Of a stretch of DNA of 64,000 nucleotides, positions 10,058 through 19,370 are shown in pieces. Positions within the stretch are counted from its first letter, which is position 1, and each line of letters starts with the position of its first letter. The notes beneath the pieces were generated by a model. It did no database searches, was not told the origin of the DNA, and worked only from the letters and a program-made list of their open reading frames with translations. Origin of the DNA: an uncultured Gammaproteobacteria bacterium (GTDB lineage: Bacteria > Patescibacteriota > Microgenomatia > UBA12405); contig CAZIHS010000002.1 of NCBI GenBank assembly GCA_964538765.1, positions 1,327 to 65,326 on the forward strand, in the 5' to 3' direction. Position numbers and translations under genes: made by a program.

Positions 10058-11068
10058 ATGAAACTTGAAAAATTAAAGCGTCCGCTGGTCTATATTATCC
10101 TTGCCTCTTTAACGCTAATCCTGGTTTTAGTTTTAACCCTAAGCATTACTGTTAAGGTTTTTTTAAATATTCCTTTCCATGACCAGGTGACAATAGTCTA
10201 CCGTGCTTATATTGCCAACCATGATTTAAAAGAAAACAGAACAAATTTAATTGTATTAGGGCTTGACGAGAGAAACGACAGTTTCGAAAACACAAAAACC
10301 ACTGATACCATAATTTTTACTTCACTCAACAGTCAGTCTGGTATTATTAATCTTTTATCTTTGCCCCGGGATCTGTGGGATGACAAAAACCAGTCAAAAA
10401 TTAACCAGATCTACCAAACCGCCCTGCTTAAGCAAAACAAAAACACAATAAAGCCATATTACAGCCTAATAACCGGTCAAAGTATTGATTACTATCTGGT
10501 TGTTAACACCCAAAATTTGGTCGACATAATTAATATTTTAGGCGGTATTGACCTGTATTTAGACACCGGTTTTCGAGATCAGTTCTATCCCAATTCCGAA
10601 TATATTAAGGATCCTTCCTCAGGCGCACCAATTTATAAAACTATCGAATTTCCTGCTGGTCTAATCCATTTGGATAAAAACAATGTTACCGAGTTTGTGA
10701 GATCCCGAAAATCTTCCGATGATCCTTCAAAAGGTGGCACTGATCTTGGTCGAATAAATCGTCAACAGCTATTAATATCGGCCATCTTCGGCAAGATTCA
10801 GTTAAACATTGCCAACCTCAACTTTAAAGTTCTTTCCAAACTTTTGGATTACTACCAAAAACACATCGACACCGACCTTGGCCTGTCCGATATTGCCGCC
10901 CTGACCTCAGTTTATTTGCCAAATTATCGCCGGCTTTCTCTAAACAGGCTCGATATAACTCCTTTAATTTACCATCCCGACCGTCTTGTCAACCGCCAAT
11001 GGGTCTTTATGCCTGTTGGTGATAATTACGACAAAATCCAACAGTATATAAGTCAGGGGTTAAAATGA
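10058..11068 (+). CDS. LytR-CpsA-Psr (LCP) family cell-envelope glycopolymer ligase
   Basis: N-terminal TM helix. 'LIVLGLDERNDSF...TDTIIFTSLN...INLLSLPRDLW' is the LCP core motif. Confidence 0.8.
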   Translation: MKLEKLKRPLVYIILASLTLILVLVLTLSITVKVFLNIPFHDQVTIVYRAYIANHDLKENRTNLIVLGLDERNDSFENTKTTDTIIFTSLNSQSGIINLLSLPRDLWDDKNQSKINQIYQTALLKQNKNTIKPYYSLITGQSIDYYLVVNTQNLVDIINILGGIDLYLDTGFRDQFYPNSEYIKDPSSGAPIYKTIEFPAGLIHLDKNNVTEFVRSRKSSDDPSKGGTDLGRINRQQLLISAIFGKIQLNIANLNFKVLSKLLDYYQKHIDTDLGLSDIAALTSVYLPNYRRLSLNRLDITPLIYHPDRLVNRQWVFMPVGDNYDKIQQYISQGLK

Positions 11069-11811
11069 ATCATATCGATAGTTTAATTAACCGTTTCAGA
11101 CCATCTCTAACCGATCCGGCGTCAATAAACTACTTCAATATTCACATCGACCGCTACCGCTATTTGCTTTCAAAAATATCCAAACTCAATTTACCAAAAA
11201 ACAGTCGGGTGCTTGACATTGGTTGTTATCCGCCCCATCTCTTTTCACTTTTAAAGATGCAGGGATTTCAAGTCCATGGAATTTCCTCTCCACACGAACC
11301 GGTTATTTATCCAAAAATTCAGGTGTTGAATATCGAAAATTCAGATCTTCCTTTTTCAAAAAATCATTTTGATCTGATTTTGCTAACAGAGTTAGTTGAA
11401 CATTTGCTTCTTAATCCTGTTCCGGTTTTGAAAAATATCTGCCGGGTCTTAAAACCCGGCGGGCATTTTATATTAACTACGCCAAACGCCGCCCGCCTGC
11501 AAAATATTGTCAAACTATTAATTGGTCAAAACATTTACTTCAGCCTTGACCAACTCTACGATTCCAGTCTTAGTACCGGTTCAGTCTACCATCGTCACAA
11601 CCGGGAATATACTCTCAAAGAGTTAAAAAAGGTCATCTTTGACTCCTCTTTTAACCGTTACCAAGGCCAATATTTTTCTGCCTACACTCCGTTTCGCTCA
11701 AAAAATCAAACCGACAGTTTCTTGTTAAAAACGGCCAAGTATCTAAATTTCTATATAAGCTGTATATATCCTAGGTTTTCCGACAGTATCTATATACATG
11801 CCCAAAAATAG
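11065..11811 (+). CDS. Class I SAM-dependent methyltransferase
   Basis: 'VLDIGCYPPH' (motif I) and 'LKPGGHFILTTPN' (post-I/II motifs). It is paralogous in architecture to the gene at 54944. Confidence 0.75.
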   Translation: MNHIDSLINRFRPSLTDPASINYFNIHIDRYRYLLSKISKLNLPKNSRVLDIGCYPPHLFSLLKMQGFQVHGISSPHEPVIYPKIQVLNIENSDLPFSKNHFDLILLTELVEHLLLNPVPVLKNICRVLKPGGHFILTTPNAARLQNIVKLLIGQNIYFSLDQLYDSSLSTGSVYHRHNREYTLKELKKVIFDSSFNRYQGQYFSAYTPFRSKNQTDSFLLKTAKYLNFYISCIYPRFSDSIYIHAQK

Positions 11812-11829
11812 TTTTGTTATACTCTTTCT

Positions 11830-12321
11830 ATGGATATACCAAACCTCTCCCAAACCCCCCCCGCCGATTCCTCGCCAACCACTCCAGACAACCAGAAGAT
11901 TTTAGTCTTAATCATAATTTTCATTTCAATTGCCCTGGGATTTTGGATATCAAGAGTCGCCCCGTCCTCAACTGTTTCGACTTCTTCCCTGAAAAACGGC
12001 ACTTCATTAACTGGCCAAACTGCTGTTAACACAGAAAACATTGCCGATCCTTCCGACATAAAAATCGGAGTGGTCTATGGTAACCTGGCTAAAAATTTTA
12101 CCGATTCCGCTGTTGGAGTTATAGAGTCGGGTAGTATTAACTCGGAAGGCACCCACATTTTAGTTCGGGAAGGGGGTTTGTCCCAGCGGGCCTCTCTAAC
12201 CTCCTCGGCCGTAGACCTTGACCTATTCGTTGGCCGTAAGGTAGAAGTAAAAGGGGAAACTAATGCTTCCAACAAAACTTCTTGGCTTATGGACGTTGGT
12301 TCAGTCAAGGTTTTGGAATGA
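11830..12321 (+). CDS. Hypothetical secreted/membrane-anchored protein
   Basis: Pro/Ser/Thr-rich N-terminus, a single TM helix ('ILVLIIIFISIALGFWI'), and a Ser/Thr-rich extracellular domain. Confidence 0.4.
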   Translation: MDIPNLSQTPPADSSPTTPDNQKILVLIIIFISIALGFWISRVAPSSTVSTSSLKNGTSLTGQTAVNTENIADPSDIKIGVVYGNLAKNFTDSAVGVIESGSINSEGTHILVREGGLSQRASLTSSAVDLDLFVGRKVEVKGETNASNKTSWLMDVGSVKVLE

Positions 12322-12322
12322 A

Positions 12323-12991
12323 ATGAAAATCGACTTTCAAAAAGTATCCAAAACATATGGTCTGGTTCAGGCCCTGTCCAACGTCAGTTTTGCAGTTGAA
12401 AGTGGAGAGTTTGTTTTTATCGTCGGTCCCTCGGGAGCCGGCAAATCAACGCTTATCAAGCTTATCTTAAACCAGGTCAAGCCGGACGACGGTTCGGTAG
12501 TAATTGACAACATTGATTTGTCCAAGGCAACCCGCCGTCAGATAGACACAATCAGGCGTCAAATAGGAGTAGTCTTTCAGGACTATCAGCTTATCTCCGA
12601 CAAAACCGTTGAAGAAAATATCTCCTTAGCTCTTGACATTGCGGGTTTTCCCAATGCCCAAAGACCTGCCAAAATTAGTCAGGTAATTGAACAGGTAAAC
12701 CTAAGTTCCCGTCGTTTTCTCTTTCCCTCCCAGCTATCCGGAGGAGAGTTGCAAAGGGCGTGTTTGGCTCGGGCTTTGGCTGTAGACCCCAAGGTCATTC
12801 TTGCCGATGAACCCACCGGCAACCTTGATCCTGACAACATTGCCATTCTGATGGCCATTTTTAGAGAAATAAACAAAAAAACAAAAGCTACTGTTATTAT
12901 GACCACCCACAACCAGGACATTATCGGTTCCACCACCAAAAGAATTATTACTCTAAAAAACGGAACAATTTCCAACGATATAAAAAAATAA
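12323..12991 (+). CDS. ftsE: Cell-division ABC ATPase FtsE
   Basis: Walker A 'GPSGAGKST', ABC signature 'LSGGELQR', Walker B 'ILADEPTGNLD'. The start was moved to the ATG at 12323, directly after the upstream stop; the longer ORF from 12263 overlaps the previous gene. Confidence 0.9.
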   Translation: MKIDFQKVSKTYGLVQALSNVSFAVESGEFVFIVGPSGAGKSTLIKLILNQVKPDDGSVVIDNIDLSKATRRQIDTIRRQIGVVFQDYQLISDKTVEENISLALDIAGFPNAQRPAKISQVIEQVNLSSRRFLFPSQLSGGELQRACLARALAVDPKVILADEPTGNLDPDNIAILMAIFREINKKTKATVIMTTHNQDIIGSTTKRIITLKNGTISNDIKK

Positions 12992-12992
12992 C

Positions 12993-13865
12993 ATGACTCT
13001 TTTTCAAAACACCTGGCACCATCTTCGCCGCTCACCCTTTCAAACCATTACCGCCTTTCTGGTAATGTTCATCTGTTTTTTTTGTCTAAATACTTTCGCG
13101 ATTATAAGTCGCGGGCTTTCCACGGTCCTGCTCTACTTTGAAACCAAACCGGAAGTCACCATATTTTTAAAAGACGGACTTGATCGAAACACAATTGACG
13201 GCCTTCAAAAAGAGCTGGCTGATTATCCTAATGTTAAAGAAATTAAGTATATTTCCAAAGAAAAAGCTCTTTCAATATATAAAGAACAAAACAAAGCCAA
13301 TCCGCTTCTCACCGAGATGGTAACCTCTAGCATTCTTCCCGCTTCTTTCGAAGTCTCGGTATCCGACCCGCTTACCCTTGACCAGGTCGCCCAAAATTTT
13401 TCCGCCAAAACATCGCAAATTGATGAAATTATTTATCAGAAAGATTTAATAAACTCATTGCTTTCCTGGACCAGTCTCATACGTAAAATCGGCCTTATCA
13501 TCATAAGCACTGGGGTTTTTGTTGCTTTCCTAATCATTAGCGCGATTATCAGCCTAAAGGCAACCAACCGGCGTGACGAGGTTAAAATTAGCCGGCTTTT
13601 GGGAGCTTCTAAATTCTATGTTCACCGCCCTTTTCTTCTTGAAGGAGCCTTTTACGGTTTGTTTGGAAGTATAGCGGCCTTCTTCACTAGTGGCGGTATT
13701 TTTCTTTATTTCCGGTCTCAAATTAATTCCAGCTTTCAGCCAATCGAGTTTATTGGTTTTAATCCGAATTTTATCCTGCTTTCCTTTTCTCTCGAAGTAT
13801 TTTTTGGTTTGCTAGTTGGTTATCTGGCCAGTTGGTTTGCGGTTCGCCGTCACATTAAGTTTTAA
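12993..13865 (+). CDS. ftsX: Cell-division permease-like protein FtsX
   Basis: FtsX topology: an N-terminal TM helix, an extracellular loop domain and three C-terminal TM helices. It sits immediately downstream of ftsE. Confidence 0.85.
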   Translation: MTLFQNTWHHLRRSPFQTITAFLVMFICFFCLNTFAIISRGLSTVLLYFETKPEVTIFLKDGLDRNTIDGLQKELADYPNVKEIKYISKEKALSIYKEQNKANPLLTEMVTSSILPASFEVSVSDPLTLDQVAQNFSAKTSQIDEIIYQKDLINSLLSWTSLIRKIGLIIISTGVFVAFLIISAIISLKATNRRDEVKISRLLGASKFYVHRPFLLEGAFYGLFGSIAAFFTSGGIFLYFRSQINSSFQPIEFIGFNPNFILLSFSLEVFFGLLVGYLASWFAVRRHIKF

Positions 13866-13870
13866 ATACA

Positions 13871-14983
13871 ATGCTGAAACTAGTCGTATTTTTGCTCTGC
13901 CTATATTTTTGGCTATCTCTTCCGGTGCAACAGTTTCTTAGCGCTCGAAAATCAGACGGAGGTTGTGAAACAAGCGAGGAATGTGACTCTGATATAAAAC
14001 AATACACCCAAAAATTATCCGAACTTGAAAAAACAAAAGACAGTCTTTCAAAGCAACTCAATATTCTCAGCTCCCAAATCAGCCTAACCCTTCTAAAAAT
14101 AAATCAAACCGAGTTGCTTATCCGCCAACTGCAAGCCGAGATCGACAAACTTACCGTAAAAATTAATATTCTCGACGACAATCTGAATCAACTTTCTTCA
14201 ATCTATTTAAAGCAAATTGACCAAAATTACCGGCTTTCAAAGCGTTTTGCCAATATCCCAATTTTAGTCTTGATGGGCGGTGACTCGTTTCTAAAACAAT
14301 ACAAATACGTCACCACCCTGCAAAGATACAACCAAAGTACTCTTCTAAGTATGGAAACAACCAGGACAAATTATGACATCCAAAAATCTCAAAAACAAAA
14401 AAAGCAGGAAGAAATGGAAATACTTCAGGGTAAATTAGCCTCAGAGAAAAACAATTTGGCCAAGCAAAAAGAATCAAAATCCACCCTTCTCTCTATCACC
14501 CAAAACGATGAAAATCGCTATCAGCAACTTAAAAAAGCCGCCGAAAACGAATTGAGTTCGCTTCTAAAAGCTAAATTTGTTGGTAAAAAGGAAGTTAGGA
14601 AAGGAGACCCTCTTGGCTTAATGGGTAATACCGGTTATTCATTTGGTGACCATCTTCATTTCGGGTTATACGATCTTAAGGAGGATAACTTGGCTCAATG
14701 GTCCTACCCAAACGACGCCGACCCAATTCCCTACATAAACCAAAACCGTTGGCCAATGGATGCTCCCATTGAAATTACCCAGGATCGCGGCCGCACCAAA
14801 TATTCATATCTTTATTCCGATCATTTTCACCACGGAGTTGACATGGTCTCTGACAATAAAACGGTCAGGGCGGTAAACGATGGCGTGGCCTACATCTATC
14901 GTAACGCTGGAAGCAGCCTAGGAAATCACGTCAAACTATTTCACCCCGACGGCAAGATGACTCTGTACCTTCACCTTCAGTAG
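13871..14983 (+). CDS. EnvC-like coiled-coil protein with an M23/LytM peptidase domain whose two halves appear in reversed order
   Basis: Signal anchor and a long coiled coil. The C-terminal half of M23 ('VGKKEVRKGDPLGLMGNTGYSFGDHLHFGLY') comes before the N-terminal half ('HHGVDM...VRAVNDGVAYIY...GNHVKLFHPDGKMTLYLHLQ'), and the ORF ends there. Confidence 0.75.
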   Translation: MLKLVVFLLCLYFWLSLPVQQFLSARKSDGGCETSEECDSDIKQYTQKLSELEKTKDSLSKQLNILSSQISLTLLKINQTELLIRQLQAEIDKLTVKINILDDNLNQLSSIYLKQIDQNYRLSKRFANIPILVLMGGDSFLKQYKYVTTLQRYNQSTLLSMETTRTNYDIQKSQKQKKQEEMEILQGKLASEKNNLAKQKESKSTLLSITQNDENRYQQLKKAAENELSSLLKAKFVGKKEVRKGDPLGLMGNTGYSFGDHLHFGLYDLKEDNLAQWSYPNDADPIPYINQNRWPMDAPIEITQDRGRTKYSYLYSDHFHHGVDMVSDNKTVRAVNDGVAYIYRNAGSSLGNHVKLFHPDGKMTLYLHLQ

Positions 14984-15031
14984 TATGAAACTGTCGCCGG
15001 CAAACTCCCTGCTTTGGTGAAAAGAAATGAT

Positions 15032-15637
15032 TCAGAAACCTCGGGCCAGTTTTCTAATCACTATGGCCAATCCAATTGAAGAAAGTAGAATCAAACTTAT
15101 GGAAAAAACAGAAGTGCCGCCCGTCTCGGGAACTTCTTTGTTGCCAATAAAAAAGGAGGCGGTATCACTGTCATAAAGATCACCCACCCTTACTTCAGCT
15201 TTGTTTGTCAGCATTTTCCTGCCAAAACCGGAAGACAACTCTTCAACCTTTGCCTTAATCAGGTACTCTCTGCTTTCTCCTGGTCCCAAAGTAGAAATCT
15301 CCCAAGTAACAAGGTTTTTATCTTTTTGCCCGGGATACAAAATCAAAACTAAATATGAAGGCAAAAAGTCCTTAACCTTGATGTTTTGCAAACTTTCATT
15401 ACCTGTATTTTCTACTCTAACTTTATATTCAACTATCTCGTTTTCAAAAAAAATCTTCTGGTTATAGGAAATGTTGTCAAGATACTGGTTTATTCCCAGC
15501 TGGCCAACCTTCTTATCAATTACTATTGACTTTACGCTACCGCCTCCATATGTATATTGCGCCATCACCTTGCCGGCCAAACCAGAAAATATGGTCACTC
15601 CGGCCAAGAAATATAAGGCCACTGTTTTGAAATTCAT
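15032..15637 (-). CDS. Cell-wall-anchored surface protein: DUF11-like repeat domain plus LPXTG-type sorting signal
   Basis: N-terminal signal peptide. The C-terminus is 'VPETGG', then a hydrophobic stretch, then 'RKLARGF', which is a canonical sortase sorting signal. Confidence 0.7.
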   Translation of the reverse strand: MNFKTVALYFLAGVTIFSGLAGKVMAQYTYGGGSVKSIVIDKKVGQLGINQYLDNISYNQKIFFENEIVEYKVRVENTGNESLQNIKVKDFLPSYLVLILYPGQKDKNLVTWEISTLGPGESREYLIKAKVEELSSGFGRKMLTNKAEVRVGDLYDSDTASFFIGNKEVPETGGTSVFSISLILLSSIGLAIVIRKLARGF

Positions 15638-15721
15638 GACTTGATTATACTAAACTATAGCCTATAGTCAAGTGTTATAGAAAATAGCCAGGGATTTCTA
15701 AAATCCTGATATACTCTCTTT

Positions 15722-16450
15722 ATGACACCAAAGTTGAAAGAGCTTTCAGTCTTTTTTCCCTGTTATAACGAAGAGGCGAACCTGGAAACTACTTTTAACA
15801 AAACCCTTCCGATAATTAAAGAAATTGCCGATAAATGGGAAGTAATTATTGTTGATGATGGCTCAAAAGACAACACCGGGGCCGTGGCCCTAGGCATTCA
15901 AAATAAATATCCCGAAAACGTTAGAATTATCACCCACCGCCCCAACCGCGGCTATGGAGCAGCAATCAAAAGCGGCCTTTTTAACTCGCGCTATGAATGG
16001 GTGGTGTTTACCGACTCTGATGGTCAATTTGACTTTAACGACGTTCGGGAGCTTATCCAAAAACAGAAAATTACAAATGCCGACATGGTAATCGGCTACT
16101 ACCTAAACCGCCGCGTTCCATTATACCGGAAGATTGGGTCAAAGCTGTGGCAATTTGCCGTCGGGATATTATTTGGCCTTTGGGTTCGCGACATCGACTG
16201 CGCCTTCAAATTGATTAATCAAAAAGTAATTAAAAAGTTACCGCCCCTGACTTCCGAGCGGGGACCCTTCATTACCAGCGAATTTCTGATCTATTCCCAA
16301 AAAAATGGCTTTTCAATCGCTGAAGTCGGAGTCCACCACTTTTCCCGCCAGGCCGGTGAGGCCACCGGCGCCAAGCTAAACGTCATTCTCTCTGGCTTTA
16401 AAGATCTCTTCCGACTTTGGTTTAAGGTCACATTTTCGGCCAAAAAATGA
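15722..16450 (+). CDS. GT2 polyprenyl-phosphate sugar synthase (DPM1/GtrB/ArnC-like)
   Basis: 'LSVFFPCYNEE', 'VIIVDDGSKDNT' and 'FTDSDGQFD' match the GT-A DxD/DAD architecture of Pol-P-hexose synthases. Confidence 0.8.
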   Translation: MTPKLKELSVFFPCYNEEANLETTFNKTLPIIKEIADKWEVIIVDDGSKDNTGAVALGIQNKYPENVRIITHRPNRGYGAAIKSGLFNSRYEWVVFTDSDGQFDFNDVRELIQKQKITNADMVIGYYLNRRVPLYRKIGSKLWQFAVGILFGLWVRDIDCAFKLINQKVIKKLPPLTSERGPFITSEFLIYSQKNGFSIAEVGVHHFSRQAGEATGAKLNVILSGFKDLFRLWFKVTFSAKK

Positions 16451-16460
16451 CACATCAATT

Positions 16461-17897
16461 ATGACCCAACCAATATCAAAAAGGTTGGTTTTACTAACCC
16501 TCATCATTGTCCTCGCCGCCTTTTTCCGTCTATACCGCATCAATGATTATATGGAATACTTAGGTGATCAGGGCCGGGACCTTATTATCATCAGGGAGTT
16601 TCTAGTCAACAAAAACCTGTTTTTTATCGGTCCTCAAACCAGTGTCGGGAACATGTATTTAGGACCATGGTTTTATTATTTTATCGCTCCAAGCCTTCTG
16701 TTTGCCGGCTACAATCCGGTTGGACCGGCAATATTCACTGGACTTTTAGGAGTATTAACAATATATCTTGTCTACCATGTTGCCTCCCGGTGGTTTAGTG
16801 TACCCGTCGGGCTTGCCGCCTCCCTTTTGATGTCAATTTCGCCGGTAGTCATTAAATATTCAACTTCTTCCTGGAATCCCAACGTTATGCCCCTTTTTTC
16901 CTTGTTGTTCATCTATTTCCTATGCCAAAAACGCTATATTCCGGCCACAATTTCCTTTATTATGATAATTAATTCCCACTATTTAGGTATATTACTTTTA
17001 GCGCCGGCAATATTTATCCTCATCCACAACTATAAAACCAGCCAGCAAAAAATCCCGATATTTATCCGCCATTTAATTTTCCCGGCTATATTATTCATTA
17101 TCAGTCTTTCACCCCTGATACTATTTGATCTGAAACATCAGGGGCAAAATATCGGTGCGGTCCTACGTTTTTTTAGCCAGCGTGAAACCACCGTTAATTT
17201 AAAACCTTACAAGGCTTTTCCTTTAATTTTTCCTCTCACCAGACAAGTATTCGAAAGGTTGCTGTTGGGTAAAAACCACTTGGTGTCTCTAGTTGCCACA
17301 TTATTATTTCTCTTGGGCTCACTCATGGCCTTTATCCGTTTTCGCTTTTCCAACTATTATCTGAACCTAATATATCTTTGGATATTCACTGGCATTGTCG
17401 GTTTGGCGCTATACAAACAGCATATTTATGATCACTATTTTGGCTTTATTTTTCCGGCCATATTTATCCTAGCTGCCTACCTAATTGTCCAGGTTAAGTA
17501 CTCAACCGTCCGCTATATAATTATTGCCGTTTTAGTCATCCTTTCGTTAGTGGAAAATCCATTTCGCTGGCCGCCACCAAAACAACTCCAAACCAGTTCC
17601 CAAATCACCGACTCAATCATTGCTGACAGTCAGAACCTCCCCTTCAACTTTGCTCTTCTCGCCAAGCAAAACTATGACCCGCCCTACCGCTATCTATTTA
17701 TCCTTAAGGGCGCCCCGTTATATTCCATTGACCAAAAACTTACAAAGCAGCTATATGTTGTCTGTGAACCTTTTCAAACCGACTGCAATCCCATCAATAA
17801 TCCCGAGTGGTCTGTGGCGGCTTTTGGCTGGGGTAAGATCGCCAAGTCGTGGCAAATCAACGGCATCAGTATATACAAAATTGTCCACAATATTTAG
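16461..17897 (+). CDS. Polytopic membrane glycosyltransferase, GT-C superfamily (subfamily A)
   Basis: 478 aa with about 12 TM helices. The N-terminal loop 'RINDYMEYLGDQGRDL...IGPQTSVGNMYLGPWFYYF' is shared with 17849 and 19371. Confidence 0.6.
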   Translation: MTQPISKRLVLLTLIIVLAAFFRLYRINDYMEYLGDQGRDLIIIREFLVNKNLFFIGPQTSVGNMYLGPWFYYFIAPSLLFAGYNPVGPAIFTGLLGVLTIYLVYHVASRWFSVPVGLAASLLMSISPVVIKYSTSSWNPNVMPLFSLLFIYFLCQKRYIPATISFIMIINSHYLGILLLAPAIFILIHNYKTSQQKIPIFIRHLIFPAILFIISLSPLILFDLKHQGQNIGAVLRFFSQRETTVNLKPYKAFPLIFPLTRQVFERLLLGKNHLVSLVATLLFLLGSLMAFIRFRFSNYYLNLIYLWIFTGIVGLALYKQHIYDHYFGFIFPAIFILAAYLIVQVKYSTVRYIIIAVLVILSLVENPFRWPPPKQLQTSSQITDSIIADSQNLPFNFALLAKQNYDPPYRYLFILKGAPLYSIDQKLTKQLYVVCEPFQTDCNPINNPEWSVAAFGWGKIAKSWQINGISIYKIVHNI

Positions 17898-19369
17898 AAA
17901 TAGTGAAGAATATTAGATTATCAACCGTATTAATTGTCATCTTCTGGCTCGCAGGGTTGTTTCTTCGAACCTACCGCCAAAAAGACCTTCTTGGATTTTA
18001 CTACGACCAAGGGTGCGATGCCCAAATAGCCTCAGACATTATCCACCTTCGTAATTTACCCGCCATCGGTCCAACCACCGGAATCCCCGGTTTGCATCTT
18101 GGACCGTTTTGGTTTTATCTTTTGGCACCCTTTTATTTTATAGGTTCTGGCAGTCCGGTAATTGCCAGTTACTTCATTTCGTTTATCGACAGTTTATCAA
18201 TCATCCTGTTATACCTAATTCTCAAAAAATATCACTCGGCCTCTGCCGGTTTGGTTGGCGCCGCAACATACAGCTTCAGCCGGTACCTAATAAGCTCTTC
18301 CCGGTGGTTTTCCAATCCTTCTCCGCTACCGTTTTTTACTCTTCTGGCAATATATCTTACTCTTGAAGTATTTTCACAAAAAAAATTTAATCGGCTGCCT
18401 CTGCTTTCTTTAGTTCTAGGATTATCTCTTCAACTCGAGGCCGCCAGCGCCATTTTTTTCTACCTTTCTCTCGGAGCATATACAGTTTTGCAGCTCTCAA
18501 CAGCCAAAGCTATTCCGCTTAAATATTACCGGAATGCTTTTGGTGTATTTATTGTTCTTCTCATCCCCCAATTTGCTTTCGAGCTAAAAAATAATTACCC
18601 CACCCTAAAGACATTGATGTTGTTTACAACCGGTCGGGTTGCCTCTTCGGGTACACCTTCGTGGTCGATCCCAAACATTAATTTTATCCAAAACAGGCTT
18701 CTAACTTATTACCAGTATTTATTCAGCAAGTTTGATGTTTCTGTATCAATATATTCCACCATCGCTTTAATGGTGTTTCTTTTTGGTTTGGTTCTATTGC
18801 TAAAGCGGCAATCTGATCAGCCGCTGGTCAGGCTAACTTGCGTCTGGCTGATAGTTCCGCTGACTCTCCTGCTGTTTTTTAGTGGCAATTATGGTCGGCT
18901 ATATGACTATTATTTGACTGGTTTTTACCCAAGCTTCGTTATCATTGTCTCTTTAATTTTGTTCTTGCCAAGCAAAATAATATCAAAGACAGTCTTAATC
19001 TTGCTGTTTTTTGTATATTTTATTTTTGGAAACGAAGTTCACCTCTATCATTATCTGACAGATGGAATTGACGGGCCCACCAATGTCGTGTTTGGCAATC
19101 AGTTTGCCGCGGTTTCCAAACTTTGTTCCATGCCGGAAGACTATCGGCTTGACATCTATGTTCCGCCGATTACGCCATTATCCTATGACTATCTTTTCGA
19201 CTGGCTTTCCTCCACAGGTTGCCGACGGCCATCTTCATCAGGTCCTCTCCTCCTACTCTACGAAACCGACCTGGTAAACCCCGGCAGTTTGCAAAAATGG
19301 CTTTCTAAACAGCCAAACCGCCTGCCGGTTGCAAAATTTGGCGGAGTCACTATTGAAAAAGTCAAATAA
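17849..19369 (+). CDS. Polytopic membrane glycosyltransferase, GT-C superfamily (subfamily A paralog)
   Basis: 'YYDQGCDAQIASDIIHL...IGPTTGIPGLHLGPFWFYLL' is paralogous to 16461. Both 17849 and the non-overlapping 17903 are GTG start candidates. Confidence 0.6.
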   Translation: MANQRHQYIQNCPQYLEIVKNIRLSTVLIVIFWLAGLFLRTYRQKDLLGFYYDQGCDAQIASDIIHLRNLPAIGPTTGIPGLHLGPFWFYLLAPFYFIGSGSPVIASYFISFIDSLSIILLYLILKKYHSASAGLVGAATYSFSRYLISSSRWFSNPSPLPFFTLLAIYLTLEVFSQKKFNRLPLLSLVLGLSLQLEAASAIFFYLSLGAYTVLQLSTAKAIPLKYYRNAFGVFIVLLIPQFAFELKNNYPTLKTLMLFTTGRVASSGTPSWSIPNINFIQNRLLTYYQYLFSKFDVSVSIYSTIALMVFLFGLVLLLKRQSDQPLVRLTCVWLIVPLTLLLFFSGNYGRLYDYYLTGFYPSFVIIVSLILFLPSKIISKTVLILLFFVYFIFGNEVHLYHYLTDGIDGPTNVVFGNQFAAVSKLCSMPEDYRLDIYVPPITPLSYDYLFDWLSSTGCRRPSSSGPLLLLYETDLVNPGSLQKWLSKQPNRLPVAKFGGVTIEKVK

Positions 19370-19370
19370 A

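Noticed and set aside
11814-12059. Overlapping ORFs 11814-12029 (+) and 11817-12059 (-) at the start of the 11830 gene
   Set aside because: The 11830..12321 frame gives a coherent signal-anchor plus Ser/Thr-rich extracellular protein. The alternatives have no features.
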